Positions 50,052-62,875 of a DNA stretch of 64,000 nucleotides are shown piece by piece. The stretch comes from Octopus bimaculoides (lineage: Eukaryota), in the NCBI RefSeq assembly GCF_001194135.2, contig NC_069001.1:29559830-29623829 (forward strand). The letters run 5' to 3'. A program made the translations under genes and the position numbers. Every line of letters begins with the position of its first letter. Positions within the stretch are counted from its first letter, which is position 1. The notes beneath the pieces are model-generated. The model made no database searches. It was not told where the DNA came from and saw only the letters and a list, made by a program, of their open reading frames with translations.

Positions 50052-50497
50052 CTTATATACTTGTCGGTCTATGTGTTTCTGTATGTATGCGTACGCACGT
50101 GTGTGAGTACGCGTGAACGCAAGCGATAAGGATGTACTCATGTCTGCATGTGTGTGAATGAACGTATATGCGTGGATATGGGATTCTTATACCAACGGTA
50201 AAGCGCATGGATTGGAAAGTTGACGAGTCACACCTCACTGAAATCCCTCAAGAAGTTCCAATGTAATTTCTTTCCAATTTTCATTAGTAACTCCACTGCA
50301 TGTGCCCTCCGAGATATATTTGTGTTATCTTTTGCTTGCTTCATCTTTTGCTTGACCGAATCTCGTTCAAGTTAACTTTCAATTTCAGATCGATAAAATA
50401 AACTAGCTGTCAGGTGCTGCAGCCTGTGCTATAAACCTAAACGCCACTCAATTCATTCACTTTGTATCAAAATAAGGAGGACTATTAAATGTATTTA

Positions 50498-50724
50498 CTT
50501 CTTATTTCTTTACTGCCCACAAGGGGCTACACACGGAGGGGAGAAACAAGGACAGACAAACGGATTAAGTCGATTACAACGACACTGGTACTTAATTTAT
50601 CGACACCAAAAGGATGAAAGGCAAGGTCGACCCCGGCGGAATTTGAACTCAGAACGTAACGGCAGACGAAATGCCGGTAAGCATTTCGCCCAGCGTGCTA
50701 ACGTTACTGCCAGCTCGCCGCCTT
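50498..50724 (-). mobile_element. SINE family A, well preserved, tail type 3
   Basis: Head GGCGGCGAGCTGGCAGTAACGTTAGCACGCTGGGCGAAATGC, box B GTTCTGAGTTCAAATTCC, tail ...GTAGCCCCTTGTGGGCAGTAAAGAAATAAGAAG. Confidence 0.9.
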
Positions 50725-51259
50725 AAATCTATTTACTTCTATTTCTATAATGCAGTTCAGATTGACTTGATACTTTCTCGGAGTTATGTGAGGGTTGTTG
50801 ACCTAAATGTCAATACCGTATCATAGATATCTTTCTCTTAAAAAGGTAAGTGAATTTCTGTAGGGAAATTTCTCAGAGCGAGATCTTAGAAACACTCGCA
50901 CGCGCTACAACTATTACAATCAAGTGCAAATAAAAATGAAACGAGAAAAAAACAATTAAAATTTCTAACATAAATTTGAAAGCCAAGCACTTGACCTACT
51001 CATGCGTTTCAGAAATGAAAAAAAAAATTAAAATTTAGAAAAACTAAACGTTGATGTTAATGGCGTAAACGCAACACTAACGTTTGCATCATTAACAATA
51101 ACAAGAAAAATTAAATTGAAAATGACAAAAAAAGAAAATATAATTGCCTCTAATACAGATAATACAAGAAGCATTCGTATAACGAATGGTACAACAACGC
51201 CACCACCTCTACAAGCACTGCTAATAATAATGCTAATAAATACAATTCATCATCGTTCT

Positions 51260-51568
51260 TATCCGCATCATCATCATCATCACAATCATCCTCGTCATTA
51301 GTATCATTCTTCTTCTTCTCCTTATTATTATTGTTTCTATTATTATTATCATCATCATCATCATCATTACCATCATCATCATCATCATCATCATCATCAT
51401 AGACATAGCTGTTGGGAACATTAATTATGACGATGATATTTACAAATATAGCAAAGAAAAAGAAAACGAATTGGGAAAAGAAGAAAATAAGGGGAGAAAC
51501 GAGCCGAGGAGTAGGAAAAAACGACGAAAAGTATATTGTTTGATGATGATGATTATGATGACAATGCC

Positions 51569-51605
<37 letters not shown>

Positions 51606-51630
51606 TCGACGACGACGATGACGATCGTAA
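51260..51630. repeat. Trinucleotide region: (CAT)n/(TAT)n block facing a (GAT)n/(GAC)n block
   Basis: (CAT)n at ~51348-51400; (GAT)n at ~51541-51605. Confidence 0.9.
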
Positions 51631-52005
51631 TGTTCAAAGAGAAGAATGCCGTGCCAAGGCAGAAGGAAAAAAAAATGAAAATAATATGAAATAACATGGA
51701 AAGGAGCACTACATGAATGAATAAATACTAAATATTGACCATTAAAATCTTACTGACATTTTTATGTAAAATTCATGTAAATTTCTATGAATATAATTAC
51801 AAGTTTCGTATCCCATCATGCTCTATTAGAGATGTTTGTAACAAACATCTTGGCACTGTTTACACGGAAATTTAGTGTTCCCTCTACTGTGTATTGATTA
51901 AAAATTGATAAGAACTGTAGTATACAGAGAACTGCATTGGTTTCCTGGGAAAGCTTTTAATGTGAACTACAAATATATATATATATATATATATATGCGT
52001 ATGTG

Positions 52006-52076
<71 letters not shown>

Positions 52077-52502
52077 ATCTGAATGTTTACATATATGTGT
52101 ATACATAGATGTGTGTGTGTGTATGTGCATGTCTGTGTGTAAGTGTGTGAATCTGCCTACATGCACTTACATACAAAGAGAAGCATAGATACACACTCAT
52201 ATATATATACATATAGTATATATATGTATACATCTATCTGTCTGTCTATCTCATCAGTTTTAATTCTCTTCAGTCTCTTTTGGGATCCACCTTGTGACTG
52301 TTCGAGGTTTATTGCGATAAAGCCGTATGGCTCTAATTAAGACACCGTTTGAACCTTCATTTTCTCCGGGGAACTTAAGATTTTACGCAGACGCTTCCAG
52401 AGGAGCGAGCAGAATCAATTCGTGTAGGCATGTTTGTATGTATGCATATATATATATATATATGTATGGCTCCATGTATTTATGTATGTATGTATACGCA
52501 CA

Positions 52503-52909
52503 CAAAGACACATATATAATGTCGTTTTTCGGAATTGTCATTTTTTTCTGTTTGCCAAATAAAAACACGCATTATATATTTGTTTTTCATTCATTTATTA
52601 CTTTTCTCATTCTAACTTAGATTCATTATTGCATAAATCTTTCGTCAAACATCTGTGATCCCTTCAGCGTCGCTTTTCGTCCTCGTGTGTGCTCTACCTC
52701 CACTTCATCCATTCTGTTCTTCTATGATCATAGCACAAGGCCACACACGAGGTCGGAAAGTGTCGCTGAAGAGGTCACAGTTGAGTGGTGAAAGATTCCC
52801 GGACAATGGCCATGAGTTAGAATAAGATTAATCGTGTAAAGATAGAATATATAGTGCGTGTTTTTATTTGACAAGAAAAAGACCATCCGTAAAGATAAAA
52901 GTATCTTTT
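52503..52909. mobile_element. Old fold-back (palindromic) element of ~400 bp
   Basis: Inner arms 52662-52691 / 52742-52771 (4 mismatches in 30 bp). Outer arms 52552-52580 / 52846-52874 (CAAATAAAAACACGCAYTATATATT). Intervening matches AATCTTTC, CTGTGA and ATTCTAACT are colinear. Confidence 0.85.
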
Positions 52910-53023
52910 TCAACGCAGGATCTCAGATCAGGAATCTCGGAACACAAATTCATAAACGTATATGTGTGTGTGTGTGTAGATGTCTGTGAGTGTGTGCGGC
53001 TCGGTTTGTGGGTGGGTGTATTA

Positions 53024-53114
<91 letters not shown>

Positions 53115-53230
53115 TGAGATAGATACACACACACAGTTAGAGTGGCAGGGTGAGATGCGTTTGTGTTTACATTTCAATATAGTTTTGCCCAACTTTGAAA
53201 TTTATTTTTTCTTCAGATGTATCAAATTTT

Positions 53231-53431
53231 AAGGTTGCAAGCTGACATGATCGTTAGCTCAGATGGCAATATGCTTACTACTATTTCGTCTATCGGCCCC
53301 TACATAACTCAAATTCCGCCGAGTTCTACTTTTCTTTTTATCCTGTAGGATTAGATAAAATAAGCACTCGAATTTATAGAATTATCTCCTCCCCTCAAAC
53401 TGCAGGCTTTGTGCCCATGTATGAAATCAAA
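53231..53431 (+). mobile_element. SINE family A, degenerate
   Basis: ATCGTTAGC...TATTTCGTCT...CAAATTCCGCCGAG...GGCTTTGTGCCC. Confidence 0.55.
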
Positions 53432-53879
53432 ATTATATTGAATTATTTATTTATTTGCATATATTTTTTTCTTTTTCATTCTTTTATTCTTTTAAATAAT
53501 TCAGCTCATAAGCATTGCTATGCTTGGGCACCGCCAGTGTAATCATCCTATTAATGGCTAATTGTATGTGATTGGCTATTTTTGGAGTATCGTGATCCTA
53601 TTGGATCATCTGGAACTCTGGATATAAGGAGATATTGTTGTTTTTTGAAACTAACTCCATGATGCTCTACTCCACGAAAATCCTCTACTCATGAAGATAT
53701 CTCAAATGTTTTGGCAAGCTGTTACATTTTTTTTTTTTTGTAAAAGTTATTTTAAATTAAAAAAGTAATGTAATTAATATTTTTTTTTATCAGGTTTGCA
53801 AACTTCTACATGTGAATTCGTGTGTTGAAGCAAAATTTGTTGTGTCTAGGGAGAGTCATATTTTCTTAATGGTTTACTC

Positions 53880-53943
53880 TTGCAAACTTGTCAACTTAAT
53901 CGACGGATATTTTGCAAACTTGTCAACTAAGGTGACGGATATT
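53880..53943. repeat. Tandem duplication 2 x 32 bp
   Basis: TTGCAAACTTGTCAACT.....GACGGATATT occurs twice. Confidence 0.85.
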
Positions 53944-56900
53944 TTAGAAGAAAAAATATAAATAATAAATGAATGGATATCGAACCGCTAGGTATGTTAG
54001 CTAATAAGGCATTAAGCCATTATGGGTCTCATGAGACACAGCAAAATAATTAGTATTCTTTTATATTTTTACTAACATTTCTGACGTAAAATTTGCATAG
54101 GCGTTTCTAAATGTTTCATGTTGTAACTGGAAATTGCAAATGTACTCAACTTACAGATACTATTCCTGTAAGCTCGAATATCTTTGAGCGTTTGACAGGC
54201 ATTCAAAATAGGTTATTTGTTGCAATGAATCCACAGAATGAGAAACCACCAGACAAATCCGTAATAGAAGTAAAATGAATTGTATAAAATATATGTCACT
54301 TCGTAGTAAGCTCCCTTCTTTGGTCATAGGGAAGAGTGATCATCATAATAATTTACTCTAAAACGCGGTTATCAATTTCTTAATATTTGACGGTTATTTA
54401 ACGATGAGATGTGCGCTTCCGGGCTCATTATCCTTTGCTTGAAAACCATTTTATGTAAATTAACGTGTATTGTATAACTTTATTTCAGCTTCGTTACTGG
54501 CATTGTCATTGTGCGAGTACTTTATGCATTAATGAAAAAAGTATATATAATAATCAGTATAAACATATACCCACTCGTATACTATGTACACCACCATATA
54601 TAAATAGATACACACACGCATATAAATTAGATGATATACTTGTATGTAGGCATACATATGAACATACACACACAAATATATATATATATNNNNNNNNNNT
54701 ATATATATAAATATATATATATATACATATATACACTATCACACAAACCCATATATATGAATGCATGTACAGGTATAAATGCATTCATATATTCGTGTAA
54801 TATTTGGATGTGCAAATGTATGTATGCATGTATGTATCTAATATATATCTATCTATGCTTAAAGGGGTTGAATGTATGAGTGTGTATAGGTATGGACAGG
54901 TATTTTTTCTATTCATCTATTCGTAAAATGCTAAAACATTAAGAGATTTAATACAGAGTTAGAAATGAAGTTACGTCGAAATATGCATATAGGTAAGTAT
55001 ATATGTATGCATCGATGTATATACATATATATGTTTATATATATGCATACACCTACATACATGTATACATGTGTGTTTATATTTGTATACGTGTGTTTTC
55101 GTGCATTTATTTAGAAAACTGAAAGCTTATAGATATCACCATGGAGCCAAAACAAGGATGATACTAGTTGCTTGTAGGAATGGCATTTACACGCCTTTTT
55201 TTCCCCCCTTGTTTCCGTTTGCTTCCAGTAACATCTTAGAAAAGAAGAGAACAGCAATATAAACGGAACCAAATTCTCTCTAGCGCAAAATAAGACAAGG
55301 TAAATAAGTATACTAATATATACATATATAGTTATATCTATATAATATGGAGTCAGATGGGTTTATGTGTCTGTAACTCTACGTATACATATGCGATACC
55401 ACGTGCACATATGCATATATAAATGCATAGACACTTATGTGTAGTTTATTTCACGAATACATTGATGATCAGCTAAGACATAACCCAGATATGTTCATGG
55501 AGTAAATAATATTCAGGCTACTGCGGCAGTACTCGATATTTAGCCGCAATAAAAATAGCCACACCAATAAAAAGTAACAACGGAAAATAAGCACAAAAAC
55601 AACGACAAAACATTTTACAACCAAACAAGAAATAAATACAAAAACAAAATAATAATAATTCGACCCAAATCAAAACAATACTCGTATCACCTCGAAAGCA
55701 ATCTAACAAGCAGCGAACAAAAATCAACGTGAAATTTATATATACGAGAAAAATACTAATAATATAAAGCATATTTATCATTCTGAGGTTTACACAGCTC
55801 AGTTATCTTATGAATATTCCTATGCAGTAACACCATTTGACCTCTTTGTGTATTTCGGCATCAGTTTAAAAAGATTATTCGTAACATTAAATCAATTTTG
55901 CATCGCAAAAATAGAGAGCGAAAGAAAAAGAAAAGAAAAGATTTAAATACTTGAGCAATCGATAAGAATTTGTTTTATGTCTAGTTTCATGTATTTAATT
56001 ATTCATTTCCGTTTTTTGTGTACAAGCATACATATAACTAAGTATGAATGCGCGTGTACAGTTTTGAGTATACATGCATGTATACATATGTTTATTTTAG
56101 CCTATATATATATGTGTGCGTGTATATATATATATATATATANNNNNNNNNNNNNNNNNNNNNNNNNNNNNNNNNNNNNNNNNNNNNNNNNNNNNNNNNN
56201 NNNNNNNNNNNNNNNNNNNNNNNNNNNNNNNNNNNNNNNNNNATATATATATATATATGTTTGTGTGTATGTAATACGCACATGCTCACGGACACACACC
56301 CACGAATACATAAACACACATATAAATATGTGTGGTTGTGTACGCATGTGTGTGTGTTTGTCAGCGTATATTACGTACCACCACATAGAGACATACAAAC
56401 TTGTCTTTATATATTTGCCCTTTATTTCCATTTTACATTTATCAGGCACATTTTGCGCCATGCTGTAGCAACACATTACTTTAATCTTAATGAATATATT
56501 AATATATAATTAATTGAATACATAACAATAGTCATGTTTATATCCCATAATCGTTTACTTGTCTCCAGTTATCCGTACGCATCTTTTTTCTACTTATATT
56601 GTCTTACTATAAGCATCGCTTGAAAATTCAAACAAACATCAGCAAATCCATACCAGCGTATCTGTGCTAATCATATCTCTATTTTAGAAAAATTATCACA
56701 TCTGGTGTGTTAATAGCCTTACACCTACGCACAAAACTATTCCCATGCAGATATAGTGGTGCAGAGATGCATCCATTATTTGATGTACAAATACATGCGC
56801 ATAAATTATACCTTCGGGAACTTATGTTGTACGAGTGTGTTTGTTTGTGTGTGTATGTGCATGTGTCTCTGTGTGTGTGTATAGGCATATACACACATGT

Positions 56901-57237
56901 ATATCCATATCTATATAATTAAATGGAGGGTACACGTTCTCTTGAAGATATGTCAGCATCCGAGTTCCCCGGTATATCAGTGCAAAAAGAAACACGTTAG
57001 GAAACGATTGTAGGTGAAATTGAGCATGATATTGCTCATAATTCTATCATGTTCTAATATGTATATTGATGTGTAGATATCAATCTCGACGTTTTCTTTT
57101 CTCAAAAATGTGTGTGCGCGTGTGTGTGTTAGTGTGTGTTAGTGTGTGTGTGTGTGTGTATTTATTCATATATACTCAAATATGTACCTATATAGATAAT
57201 TGAAGGAGTTGTTAGTGTATATTCTACAAATAACGTA

Positions 57238-57486
57238 GATTTCCCCCTGTGCTATCCAATACTAGTATCATACAAACTTTCAGGTTTGCGTTTAGATTCT
57301 GTCATGTGTGAATAGATAATTGAAAGATGGAGTACGGTTGAGCAATACTTTCCAATCATTACACTTGTTTGTACGCAACGTCAAACTCTTTCTTGTTGAC
57401 TCGAATTCTCTATTTACACAATAAAAACCCAAACGCAAACCTGGCAGTAGTTAGGATACTACTGCTGGATAGCACAGGGTGAAATC
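57238..57486. mobile_element. Fold-back element / MITE (249 bp)
   Basis: Terminal 21-mers GATTTCCCCCTGTGCTATCCA / TGGATAGCACAGGGTGAAATC (1 mismatch). Arms continue inward through CAGGTTTGCGTTT and TGTGT.AATAGA.AATT. Confidence 0.88.
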
Positions 57487-57563
57487 GGAGGTGGGGGAGT
57501 AGCATTACTCTACTACGTTCTCAATAGAATATTCCATAACTACTTATAATATCTATCTATCTA

Positions 57564-57597
<34 letters not shown>

Positions 57598-57839
57598 TAG
57601 CTATATATAATATTTTATATATACATTCACACACATATGCATATCTATATACAGAGGGAGAAAAAGAGAGATAAAGAGATAGATAGACAATATATATATG
57701 TACATACGTATAGAAGTTTGCTATGTATAGTTATATATATATATATATATGTATATATATTTATACACGTGTACATACAGATGCGTTTACAGGCACATAC
57801 GTTCATGCTCACAGATGCACACACTCACAAATTTATATG

Positions 57840-57880
<41 letters not shown>

Positions 57881-57998
57881 TATTATATATATTTATTTTC
57901 TCTTAGTTAATAATTAACTCGGACAAAATAAATTGATTAATAGATATGTTGGAAATAAAAGTATTCAGTTAACATATGCGTGTTACTACATTTACTAA

Positions 57999-58056
<58 letters not shown>

Positions 58057-58697
58057 GACTTGTTTTGTATTTAAGTTCAGGATTTTGTTTTCAGTATCCC
58101 AACGATGGGGGCCTGTGAGGAATATTTGAGATATTGAAGTATAGAAAGGTACATAGATAATTGGATCCCATTGAACCTTAATGAATACTACATCTAAAGG
58201 AAGCATACGTGTGTGTTACGCATGAATCTGGGACCTACGCTAATTCTGAATCATTTATATTTTATTTTGTATCATTATCATTATGAAAATTATACAACTA
58301 CCCTAACATTTTGAGGTCATATCTGAATAAGATCTGTAGAAGATATATCGCTGATACAATGTTTCCATATAACCCTATTATATAAAATGTTGAATTTTAC
58401 ACTGCACTCATCTACTTACAAGATGTTGCGTACGAATTATATTGTAGATATAATTTCCTTTTTTATTAATTTCATTAACGTTTATTTTTGCATTTTCCAA
58501 AGGCGATTTAGAACTGGTTTGCTTCCACGATTATTCTCACATGAATTCAATTGAATTTATTCGGAAAACACTTTTTAAAATTCGATACTTCAAAGAGGAT
58601 TTTAAACAATATTGCTATTTGCATTTGATTCAAAAGAATTGATTTTAGTAAAGGATATACATCGTCGGCAAAATAGAGGGTAATACACACACGAGCA

Positions 58698-58728
<31 letters not shown>

Positions 58729-58730
58729 TG

Positions 58731-58761
<31 letters not shown>

Positions 58762-58779
58762 CACACACTGACACACACA

Positions 58780-58819
<40 letters not shown>

Positions 58820-58842
58820 CATACATACACAGGTGCAAACGT

Positions 58843-58896
58843 CGTGCATGTGTGGTTAATAGCTTGCTTACCAACAACATGGTTTGGGGTTCATCC
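58843..58896 (+). mobile_element. SINE family B head fragment
   Basis: TGTGTGGTTAATAGCTTGCTTACCAACAACATGGTTTGGGGTTCA. Confidence 0.65.
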
Positions 58897-59444
58897 TAAG
58901 AGTAAAAAATGTTTTATATGACACATTCTACCGGTGTCCGAAGTTTGAAAGTGTTTACTTACAAAAAATTAATTTCTCCGTGTACCGTTCAAAGCGTAAA
59001 GACCTGATAATCGCCGAAAGTGAAACAAACTAACTTAATCTGAAGGCAAGTTGTTTGGTAGCATTTCATTATACTTTTTATCACACAACAATGTATGTTT
59101 CGATTTATAATAGTCCCTGCACTAACATTACTGTAGTTTCACTTAATCCATTAAAATGAGTATGTTAATTTGACTATTGTTTTTTTAATTATACCCCTTT
59201 CCCCAAGATGTAATTCATATATTAGTAGCACGATAAATAATCTTAAGTTGCTACCATTTTCGTTCATGAATCGATTATAATTTAATCTTCATATAAATTT
59301 AAATATTAATTCAAACAATGAATTTCAATTAAATTTCAACAGTATATTTATTACTACACAAGCAAATTCATCCTTAAAATAATAGTGAGTGTGTATACAT
59401 ATCTGTGTTTATGTGTGCGTGCGTGCGTGCGTGTGTGCGTGTGC

Positions 59445-59690
59445 AGAGAAATTTGTCGGCTGCTCAGAAAAGCAGGATAAGTATCAGTCTCTCTTCGACA
59501 GTTTTATGCTCGAGCATTTGGCAGTGGAGACCGCCGGTAATCCGCATCCTTGCTCACTGCATTCAAGGCGAGGAGGGCTGTCCGCAACTGCGGGCCCCAT
59601 GAGTCAGTGGAGGTTTCATCGCATCTCCCTCGTTATCCTCCGGAGCCACGCCTCTTCCATTTTGTCAGTGGGCCTAGCGATGTAACTTAT
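59445..59690 (+). mobile_element. CRE-clade-like non-LTR retrotransposon 3' end (restriction-like endonuclease C-terminus)
   Basis: EKQDKYQSL..FMLEHLAVETAG...FHRISLVILRSHASSIL resembles CRE K..KY..L...F.P.AVET.G...QRIS.A.QRGNAASIL. A stop and an AT-rich UTR with AATAAA follow. Confidence 0.65.
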
Positions 59691-60502
59691 AAAAACACTT
59701 AACAGCAGATTTCATAATAAAGATAATACTAATTTTATAATAAATACAATACAGACATCAAGGACAAAGACAAAAAAAGGAAGTAAAACATTTGAAAAAG
59801 CGTACAACTAACTCGGATCCATCAGGGTTTGCCCAAACTTGTTGAGGCCTTCAGAGAGCGAGGAAATCGATCTTATTTCAGTAATGATTTGTAAACACGA
59901 GTGTAGGACAGACAATGTTGGCTGATATATGTTGCATTGGACAATAGTAAGTTGTAATGGTAACAGTGTTAACATCATCCCACTAAAATCATATAGAAAG
60001 GCAAGCAAGCAGGAAATATTTTTTCGATGTAAATACTTTTACAAATGTCATATCATTTCTTTAAATTTGTGCTTTAGATTCCATATTTCGTAATGAATAC
60101 ACTATCGGCTCGTTGATAGGTAGATGCATTAGTGCTTCGGACGAAATACATGCGCTTGCCACTACTCTTAAATTTGCCTATTATTTTGGAAGTTAAGGAA
60201 ATTACTAATCAAAAAATAGCATAGGCATCGTGGATGAATTTCCTTTCTGAAGACGTCTGCATTTTTAACTGAATTGGAAACGTAAATTAATTACTAAACT
60301 ATCATCAGAGAATTTGTCGTGATCATTGAATGGAACACAGATCGGTGAAATTGCTTTATCCCCGCTGAAAATGCTACATCGTAACCAACGTCGGTACCAT
60401 TATGCAAGCATCCCAAGTGAATATATTTACAATTTAATACTATACATTTATTTGAAAATTTGCTTAAAACAAACACACACATACAAATAAATACATACGT
60501 AC

Positions 60503-60554
<52 letters not shown>

Positions 60555-60699
60555 GCATACACATAAATTCATATATATGTACGTATGTATGTATATAAAC
60601 GCTCCCCCTTTCTTAGCTCTCCTGAAATAAGAATTTCTAACTTCCGGTCAGCCATTGTTATGATCGGCCATTATTATGATTGACCGTTGACTGAACACT

Positions 60700-60872
60700 A
60701 TTCAATTTTTTTTCTCCGTGTTTTTCTCCTTGTCTCCGTATTCTTTCTGTTGAAGAGCGTAGCTCCAAACGTCAAAGACTTTCCGTATTCCCGAGCGTCA
60801 TACTAATATATACTTTTGTTATTTACACCACCTGTCCTCGTCTGTTGTTATTATTTGTATATTCTCCCATAT
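60700..60872 (+). mobile_element. Putative Penelope-related short element (pLTR-like) carrying a degenerate hammerhead
   Basis: Pyrimidine-rich leader followed by a hammerhead-shaped block. Single copy in the window; the classification is inferred from the motif. Confidence 0.4.
60742..60778 (+). ncRNA. Degenerate minimal type I hammerhead motif
   Basis: UCUUU-CUGUUGA-A-GAGC[GUA]GCUC-CAA-ACGU-C-AAAGA. Stem I (5 bp) and stem II (4 bp) are perfect, with an ACGU palindrome and a GUC site, but the core deviates at A6 (U) and G12 (C). Confidence 0.45.
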
Positions 60873-61613
60873 ATAAACGAGTGATTATAAATACTTCTTT
60901 TCTATACACTGTTAAATATATAAGAATGAAAATAGTGACAGACATACAAAAACCTTTCTATACGTTCGTCTTTAAGAATGATTATGACGCTTTCTATTCA
61001 GATATTAAAACGATCAACACATAAACTATATTGTTTCAACCATTTAAACCGATATTTACTTGAGAAATACCTAGACAATTTCTAGAGAACCTATTTACAA
61101 TTTTAAAGTCAAGATTATTTTACCATAGTTATTTCAATAGTATCGTTTATCTGCTTCACAGGTGGTTGTCTGGCAGACCAGGATGCTTCTAGAAAGAGAC
61201 TACCAAAATTAAATCGAAAAATGGCAGAGCCGTATATTAATAGTTCTATTTGAATACTTGATAATTTTCCAAAAATATTGCATGTCAAATTCATTTTAGA
61301 AACGTTAACGGGAAAATATATTAAAAAAATTTCAATAAAATTTGTCTTTAGATACTATTTGTATAACATTTATATTAAATTACTCTTTGAAACTTAAGCT
61401 TTACATTTTACATCTTATTCTCCGTTTTGACTTTTTAAACATCTTTCAAAAAATTTCAGACAATAAATTTTATATTTTAGTAATGACGTCGTTCAGCCTT
61501 AAGAACTTCGATAAATTGAACCGCAATAATAGTAAATTTCAATACATTAGGGTGTGTGTGGTTTACAAAATCTATTAGAAACATCGTTCTATAAATCTCC
61601 TTAATGATTCATA

Positions 61614-61854
61614 TTAGGTTGGTGCATAATTATTGCAGCTTCTTTTTTTTTTTGAATAAATTTTATTCAACAAAAACAATAACAACATATAACATATTTA
61701 AATTAGTATTCCAAGCAAATGGGAAGCAGTAATTGAAGTAGATGGTGAGCATGCTCCGGAATAATCATTTTAAAATGTTTTTGTTACATGTTCTTATTGA
61801 TTCTGTTGAATAACATTTATTGAAAATAGCCGCAATAAATATGCACCCAACTAA
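61614..61854. mobile_element. Mariner-derived MITE (241 bp)
   Basis: TA-flanked TIRs TTAGGTTGGTGCATAATTATTGCAGCT / AGCCGCAATAAATATGCACCCAACTAA (mariner-type). Internal KWEAVIEVDGEH* resembles a mariner transposase C-terminus. Confidence 0.85.
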
Positions 61855-62227
61855 TAATAATAGTAGAAATTTAAAGTATTATACAATGGAAACTATAACG
61901 TATTTAATTGAAAAGGCACAGAAAAACAAATTAATCGTTGATTTATTTTAAAAATTTATTAATAGCTAAAAGGTTCCTTCGCAATTTTAATAGTAACTTA
62001 ATTTCTTTTATATAGATTCATTAATGACAGGAAGAGTACTTCAGATAATCAAATAAAACATTGTCCAATACATGTATCCATATGTAATTATCGAAATTGT
62101 TCATCGAAATATTTAGCGCTGAAAGATATAAACGAGGTATATGTGACTGAAATATTTTATGATGATCTGGAGTGGAAGTAGTGGAAATTTGTGAAGGAAA
62201 TTGTATATGTATGTGTGTATGTGTGTG

Positions 62228-62282
<55 letters not shown>

Positions 62283-62875
62283 TAAAACACACGCATACAC
62301 ATACATGTAAACACACTCATGTATAACCAACATTCTGTAGGTTTTGATGACGAGTGCTTCAGTTAATGCGATCAAACAAACAGCCTGCTCGTGTAAATGA
62401 TTTTCCGGTAGCTGAGCACTCAACAAACACGCCTGTCTTTACCATAGTCTCAGAGACATTTAGTGAGTCACAGAATATGAGTGCATCGGCCCATTTCAAT
62501 TACAGATACGAATCATTCTTGTCATCAACCTGTAGCACTTAACACCGCACCGAGTATCGGAGTCACGATCTTAACATCGTGAGCCATATACTTTAGGTCT
62601 AGATAGGGCCCAAGCCTCCGACTTCTTTTGCAAGGCGTAGAAAAATTGAAGGATGGCTGCAATAACTGTGTGAATCTAAAAGGGGAACATACTGAATAAA
62701 ATCATAATTAACTGATCCCCATAGTGTGTGAATACCTAAAACTCGAGAAGTGCCCAAACGAATTCATGTTACACGTGCCTTACTCAGGGTCCATGAAGGG
62801 CCATGGGCCAAAGAAATTTTCAACTTTTTGCCTAATGTAAACCCGAAGCAATCTTTTAGACTGGTCCAGTATTGC

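Noticed and set aside
52766-52800. CTGAAGA-GGTCAC...GTGGT-GAAA hammerhead-like core
   Set aside because: There is no compatible stem III or NUH site; it is part of the palindrome arm.
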